Shown one piece after another: positions 57,490 through 64,000 of a stretch of 64,000 bases of DNA. A model generated the notes under the pieces. The model did no database searches, had not been told where the DNA came from, and saw only the letters and a list, made by a program, of their open reading frames with translations. Each line of letters starts with the position of its first letter. The stretch's first letter is position 1. Origin of the DNA: the human T2T-CHM13v2.0 reference genome, Homo sapiens; NCBI RefSeq assembly GCF_009914755.1, contig NC_060940.1; one strand, 5' to 3'. Position numbers and translations under genes: made by a program.

Positions 57490-57699
57490 CTAAAGCTGAC
57501 CTTACTGTCAAGCATTCACCATTCATTCTACATCTGACTCTCAGGAGAAGAGGAGGGAATGTTGGGTCAAGTGATCCCCAGGGTTCCTTCAAGCACCAAC
57601 AATCTCTATGTCTCCCATCCTAACTTAAATTTTATAAAACAAAGGATTTGTTTAGGTGGGAGAGTAGATAAGTCTGCCCTAGGGCTGGTTGCCTCTTTC

Positions 57700-58200
57700 A
57701 GCCCCCATTCATGCATAACAAATCACACACAAACTTAGTGACTGGAAACAACATCGTTTTCGTGTCTCTGTGGTTTTAATGGCTCAGGAATGTGAGCAGG
57801 GCACACTGGGAGCAGCCTATCTCTGTGCCTCAATGTCTGAGGCCTTAGCTGGAATCCCCAAGGCCTGGGAGCTGATGTCATCTGAATGCTTATTCAGTTG
57901 TTTATCTGGCAATTGTTGATTGCTGTCAGCCAGAACATCTACTTGTGGCCTCTCCACGAGGCCTGGGCTCTCTCACAACATGGCGGCCAGGTTCCAAAGG
58001 TGAGCATCCCAAAAGCCAGCTTGCAGTGGTTTCTCTTTCGCCTTTTATGATCCAGCCTCAGAAATCATACAGTGTCACTTCTATTGCACTCATTCATGAA
58101 GGCCGTCATAAACGCTAACCCACACTCTAGGGGACAGGAACTAGACTCCACCTGTGAACGAGAGGAGCGTCAGAAATATTAGCATGGCCATTTTTGGAAA
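57700..58200 (-). mobile_element. MLT1 (F/G/H-like) LTR
   Basis: gcataacaaatcac...aaacttagtgact...ctcacaacatggcggccagg...cttttatgatccagcctcagaa...tagactccacct. Confidence 0.7.
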
Positions 58201-59588
58201 ATGCTATAGAGCCAAAGTCTGCATGAAGAGAGAACAGATTGGGAATCAGAGGTACCTGAGTTCAGATTCCAGCTTCATTGCTCATTAGCTCTGTGGCATG
58301 GGGAAATCAGTGAACCCTTTACTGCTGTGTTATTTGTAAAATGACTGTGATTGCTGACTGATTATGTCAGGCTATACAATCATTTCTTTGGTTGCAAGCC
58401 ATGGAAACCAAACCTTATGAAGAGAAGAAAACACATATGCAGGCATGTGTGTGCACACACACACAAGACATAGAGAAGCAAAGAAAAATAGGATGAAGCA
58501 AGCTTCAGGAATGCCGGAAAAAGCTGCTTCAGCGATCTAGGTTCCTGGGATGAATGGATGATATTTTTAGGCTCTCACGATCAGGACAAATCAGCTCCAA
58601 GTATTTTCCATCCTTATGTCTCTCTGAAAACATTGTACGCTCCCAGCATATTAAGTCCTGGGTGGCCTGTCTTGAGTCGGACTCACTTCATCCCTTCACT
58701 ATAGGAGAGAGAGGCACCATAATGGAAAGTCTCAGCAAGGCTACATGAAGAATGGGGTAAACTCATGGGAAAATGCAGGTGTCCCCACAAAGAAGGAGAA
58801 ATGGATAAACAGCACATCTACTCTGGACATTTGCAGGACTAAGAAGGATACAAGATGGAAAGCAGAATATGGGTGTACTGTTCCCGCTTCCCAATATGCC
58901 ATGCATGTTCACGCTCCAGAACTTGACTGTCAGTCACTCTTCCTAAAATATTTCCCTTCCTGCCTCCACCCATCACAATCCTGTTGGTCTTTCTAGGTCA
59001 GTTTCAAATACTGCATGGTCCGTAACACTTTCGGTGAGTAGGAAGTAATCTCTTTCTCCTTGAATTCCTCCATTCTATTTTATAACTTTCTTAGGCCATT
59101 ATTACCTCCTTCTTTGTCTTAGCCATTTCCATTTTGCTTTATCCAAACATTTCCAAACACCAGGCACCTTCATCTCCTGTAACCTATCTGCTCTCTGTGT
59201 ACTGTCATTCACTGAATGCTTTTAAGTTGACTTTAATTTGACTTGTCTTTCTTTTAACTTAGCAATAATATCTGTGATATGCCAGCTATATTTTTACCAT
59301 TCACTTTAAAACAAATATTATTGAAATGTTTAAAATAATTGCTGATCCCCTGTTCTACTACTCTTCCCTATTCTGGCTGAGTTCCTATAAGACAGAGATC
59401 AGCTCTTAGATTCCCCGTGTATCATATCCCTGACATGCTGCACTGTGCTATTGATCTGGTGGCCGTTCAATAAAAAGTCATTGAGTGAACAAATAGAAAG
59501 CGAGAAAGAGGGAAGGAGAAAGAGTGAGATGAAATAATGAAGTTAAAGTGAACTGAGTGGGACTCATCTTTGGTGAGAGACCCTAAAG

Positions 59589-59590
<2 letters not shown>

Positions 59591-59629
<39 letters not shown>
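59591..59629 (+). repeat. Pure A39 homopolymer
   Basis: Directly visible. Confidence 0.97.
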
Positions 59630-59633
<4 letters not shown>

Positions 59634-60336
59634 TGGGAAAGTTGAATTTTGAGGAGAAGGCAAGAATACTTTATTTTCCTTCTACCCTAATGACAGCTTC
59701 TCTTTGGACTCATCCTCCTGTGAGTTGGCAAGGGGAATGGGGAGCAGCTTAAGCAGCAGCTGCCACCATGACCATTATTCCCAAGCAACTTGCCCAGGGC
59801 ACCAGAAGGCATGAGCTCCATGTTTCCCAGCCAAGGCTCTTCCAGCCAGCAGTGCTGATGGGAAGAACAGGCAAGCCAGAGTGCCTTATCAAGTGTAAGA
59901 CTCACCACCCATAGAGGATCCACCCAAAGCCACCGGGAGAACCAACACATCCCTGCAGACGACAAAAGCGTCCTTTTGCTCATGGCCACATGCCTTGCAG
60001 CACAAGCTCCTCTCAAATGCTTCCCAGGACCTCACCGTAAGGGACAGTCAACCAGATGTGTGCTTCCACATGTTCTTCAAATGTGTTTTTCATTTGCTTG
60101 GGTTCAACCTCATTATAATGGCATTAGCCAGAGGAGGTAGCATGGTGGTTCAGGTTTCTGGAAGTGGGGTTGAGGCAGTCCTTTCACTTTCTTAACTGAA
60201 ATTCCCCAACGCCCTTGGCTTACTCACCCCTCAGCATGCTTTGTTCTCTTTCTGTCTTTTTCTGTCTAGGTTCTCTATCATGAGTGTCCTCTTCTCTGAA
60301 TTCATAGCCTTTGTGGCCTCTCTTCCTGCTAACCAT

Positions 60337-61095
<759 letters not shown>

Positions 61096-61784
61096 CAGAC
61101 ACAGGAACCTGAGATATTAACCTTCATCTACTTTCTCTTCCAATCTATGAGGGTTCCCCCAGCGGACTCCCTCTATAATCAGTACGGTCCATTCAGCATT
61201 CATCCATGCACACCCCAAGTTTTCCACTCTAGGGGTGCCGTGTGTGCACCATTTGAGAAACACGGCCTCTGCACAGGAATTGCATCATAATCATCCTTGC
61301 ATCCACCATGTTGCCCACATGGGCTTTATACATAGCAAACACCCTGTAAACATGTATTTAATTGCATAGAAAGCCAGTATTCCATTGCCATCCACAGTGA
61401 GCCTCTTAAAATACATTCTTCATCAGACCCATTTATATTTGTCCAGAGCTAGTCATGCATGATGGTAGGAGAATGAAATGAATAATTTTATTTTTGCCAT
61501 CAGGAAGTAAACATTTTATTCATAGACTTTGTCATCCTGTGTAATAGGGTCTGAGTATTCACTCTGCATTTTAGAACATCAGACATATGGAAAATCTATT
61601 TGATGTGTAGTTCTCAGTTCCTGACCTTATGTCTTTCTCAGTTCATTATTTCCACCTCTCTCTAGTCATTGGATTTGTAGAAAGAACAGAGATATTTAAG
61701 AAACATTATTCATTCCTTCAGAGTCTTGGATTTCTCCAAATAGTCCAAAAAATGGCCTATTTTTAGATGATTGAATTATACTAG

Positions 61785-62030
61785 AAAGGTGGTGATCTTG
61801 CCCCCAGATGACATTTGTCAGTGTCTAGAACATTTCAGGGGGTGCGAGGGGAATGCCACTGGCATCTAGGGGGCAGAGGCCCGGGTTGCTGGTAAAGTTC
61901 TCACAATGCACTGGACAGCCTCTCTGCAACAAGAATTATCCAACCCCAGATGTCAGGGGGGACAATTGAAGTTGCCGCTTCTCCACTCTCCCCAATTAGA
62001 AGTATCTGCTTAGGTGGAGAAATCCTGGGC
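61785..62030 (+). mobile_element. MER20 carrying a ~49-bp foreign insert
   Basis: ggtgatcttgcccccagatgacatttg...actggcatctag...aagaattatcc...atgtca[insert]...aggtggagaaatcctg. Confidence 0.8.
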
Positions 62031-62389
62031 TGGAACAACAGGCTGCAACTTGGCCAAATGACCTCTGATTAAAAGCAAGAGAGCTGGCTTAAAACCTGTT
62101 CAAGGCCATTTCGAAAAACCTGGAGGCTTTCCCTGACTGCAAGCTTGGTCTTGGGCAAAAGTGCCTTATGACTGCTAGAAAAGCTAAGAGCATCTCAAAG
62201 TTCAAGTGCTGGCATGGAACTTGGGCTATAGCATTGCATGCTGGCCTTCTGCATTCCTCTTGGTGCCTCTTTTTAAGAGGGATGTTGGCAAATTCAGGTG
62301 TGTTCAAGGGAGGCAACCTGGAAAAAAAAAAAAGAGTGTTGCGGGGAGCTGAAGAAGGAGGACTCTGGAAGCACAGAAACCCAGATTCC

Positions 62390-62580
62390 TCCAGCCCTGT
62401 TACTGCCACTTAGCAGCCATAAGACCTCGAGAAATTGACTCACCATCTCTAAACCAGAGTTTCCTTGTCTTGGGAATTAACAGGAAGATTGTAATGAGTT
62501 AAAGTTCATGTGTGAAGCGCTTAGCACCGTGACTGCCACCTCTAAGCACTCAATAAACAGGGCTGTTTATGCTTGTTATT
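62390..62580 (+). mobile_element. MIR
   Basis: tgccacttagcagc...gagtttccttgtct...tgtgaagcgcttagcaccgtg...taagcactcaataaa. Confidence 0.7.
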
Positions 62581-63226
62581 CGGAACGGGAGAGGGCTGCA
62601 ACTCGGGCACCTGAGGCACAATGGGAAGTGCTGGAGCTGGAAAAGGAATGAGTGATGGACAGACTCGATCATCGTTGTGTAGCATTTGAAGGAGGCTGTC
62701 TCTGGTGGGCTGAACTACGATGAATGTTAGCAAAATTCTACAGGCATACTGGGACTCAACCTGGGGAAGCCCCGCAGGCTGCTCAGCATGGATCAGTGAT
62801 CCTCATTCTGGCCACCAGCAGAGGTGCCTTGCTACACGCCACCACCTTGGGGCAGGTGCCACTGGACAGTAGCCTGCGTGGACAACTAAAGCTGTCCCTT
62901 CTCCACTCTCCCCAGTTAGAAGTATCTGTGACTTCAGATGCAGGGAGATTTTGAAGCTATCCCATTAGAAAGTCAATAGTCTGCCTACCTCATTCTTTAG
63001 CAAGGATGCCCCATAATTAATCAAGTGGGCTGAAGGAATAAAAGCCTCCTGTGCTCATTGCATTCTGTGAGCAAACAATAGCGGGAAACAAATGCCAGAC
63101 GGGCTGTGGTAGGCATAACAGATGACATAGTAGGAATTGGTTTATCTTGGCATCTTGGGGGGCTTTATCTTAGTGTAATCAGTCAATTAGCAAACTTTCC
63201 TAATGGCTGAGAGGCACACTGGCTAG

Positions 63227-63585
<359 letters not shown>

Positions 63586-63617
63586 GGCCAGCATGTTTTT
63601 AGGTGCTTAGTAGACAT

Positions 63618-63983
63618 TGCATTCTTTCTCCAGGGTTGCCATAACAAAGTACCATAGACTGAGCAGCTTAAGTAGCAGAAATTTAATTTCTTACAATTCT
63701 GTAGGTTAGAAGTCTGAGATCAAGGTGTTGGCAGAGTTGGTTCCTTCTGAGGCCTCTCTTCTTGGCTTGTAGATGGCTGTCTTCTCCCTGTGTCCTCACA
63801 GAGTCTTCCCTCTCTGTCTGTCTGTGCCCTAATCTCTTCTCATGAGGACACCAGTCATATCTGACTAGGGCCCACTATAGTGATCTCCTTTTAACTTACC
63901 TGTTTAAGACAATCATACTGTGAGGTGCTGGAGATTAGGACATCCACATATATATTTGGGGAAACACAATTCAGACCAGAACA
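63618..63983 (-). mobile_element. MLT1A/B-like MaLR solo LTR
   Basis: gccataacaaagtaccatagactg...gaagtctgagatcaaggtgttggcag...aggacaccagtcatat...acacaattca. Confidence 0.85.
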
Positions 63984-64000
63984 GGCACCACTAAAATTTG

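Noticed and set aside
58950-59002. Second AG|GT recursive-like site (tctttctag|gtcagt)
   Set aside because: Short, interrupted pyrimidine tract and a non-optimal donor; motifs of this quality are expected by chance in 64 kb.

Overview
Primate (very probably human) genomic DNA lying inside the T-cadherin gene CDH13, which is transcribed on the + strand. Only 437 bp is coding: two internal exons at 22550-22732 (183 nt, phase 0/0) and 29966-30219 (254 nt, phase 0/2), encoding most of cadherin repeat EC3 and the start of EC4. From memory these are exons 9 and 10 of the main transcript. The rest is intron, filled with about 20 Alus, L1/L2/MIR relics, MaLR/ERV solo LTRs and MITEs (MER1A, MER20, MER58A, MER82, MADE1). 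I find no convincing new protein-coding system; the long ORFs in the track arise from repeats. Structures worth follow-up: (1) a 1.9-kb 21/22-bp minisatellite that is stop-free in all three sense frames, has a 474-bp higher-order duplication and is packed with YCAY (NOVA-type) motifs; (2) an old mitochondrial D-loop NUMT carrying ancestral character states, fused to an Alu tail; (3) a diverged ~540-bp direct duplication bracketing the second exon; (4) several possible routes to truncated, GPI-less or NMD-targeted transcripts after the second exon (tandem +4 donor, intronic stop with ATTAAA, recursive-splice-like poison exon); (5) small local templated insertions whose history can be read from the sequence. 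Repeat subfamily names come from recalled consensus sequences and their boundaries are approximate.
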